Assembly: GCA_038087875.1 (NCBI GenBank)
Contig: CM075990.1
Coordinates: 10,542,001-10,606,000, forward strand
Source of the DNA: Malacoraja senta
Lineage: Eukaryota
Direction of reading: 5' to 3'
DNA length: 64,000 nt
Under the pieces are notes generated by a model. The model did no database searches, had not been told where the DNA came from, and worked only from the letters and a program-made list of their open reading frames with translations. The translations under genes were made by a program, and so were the position numbers. This document shows positions 63,854 to 64,000 of the stretch, in pieces. Every line of letters begins with the position of its first letter. Position 1 is the stretch's first letter.

Positions 63854-64000
63854 AAATGTCAGAGTAACTGAACACCCAATTGCTTCACTTTCCAAATATC
63901 TTTTGTGTAGCTAGGTATGATATTTTTGTTTGATATCGTTTCTACTAAGTTCCTTATGATATTTTTGCTTTAGTGGTGCTATGACAATGGAAGCTGTTAT

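Larger units (their letters stand above)
59960..64000 (-). pseudogene. L: L9: decayed L gene (end of RdRp and capping domain), continues beyond the window end
   Basis: One frame runs 64000-63010 after removing the 63752-63853 element and one TSD: SFLSKLQPRLFHP (~63445), PLIY, MYD (~63295), RA*QL*TL (~63210, cf. ARALR), SPLVG (~63030); after the Helitron block FEFHRM....YNG.........SIHTDYLTNWIY (60005-60124, cf. HRL...YSG....TISNDNL...TNFIY). Confidence 0.65.

Noticed and set aside
1..64000. CRISPR array, tRNA/rRNA genes, prokaryotic operons
   Set aside because: None seen; recurring short repeats are dispersed retroelements and the Pol III boxes belong to SINEs.

Overview
AT-rich vertebrate genomic DNA. 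The repeat families (CR1, Rex1/Babar, Penelope-derived short elements, tRNA-type SINEs, DIRS-like) point to a cartilaginous fish, probably a skate or ray (inference). I could not support any host protein-coding gene or RNA gene. Roughly half of the window is younger transposon sequence: 5'-truncated CR1, Rex1, L2/Crack, RTE, RTE-X and Tx1 LINEs, a Penelope GIY-YIG fragment, three solo LTRs, a Harbinger-type MITE, tandem non-autonomous Helitrons and many hammerhead-bearing Penelope-derived elements. Main result: once these insertions are removed by eye, almost all remaining 'unique' DNA translates on the MINUS strand, through stops and frameshifts, into ordered motif sets of the L protein (RdRp + PRNTase/capping + methyltransferase) of negative-strand RNA viruses (Haploviricotina / Mononegavirales-like). 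I count about nine separate, mutually dissimilar, co-oriented L-gene relics (L1-L9) lying head-to-tail across the whole 64 kb and continuing past the right edge, and I recognised no N/P/M/G genes. This looks like an ancient single-strand archive of endogenous viral polymerase genes, possibly a small-RNA (piRNA-like) antiviral memory locus. Motif assignments were made by manual translation against L motifs recalled from VSV, paramyxoviruses and pneumoviruses, with no alignment or database search. Each match is short and decayed, and the support comes from motif order and spacing repeating independently in each copy. EVE boundaries are approximate.
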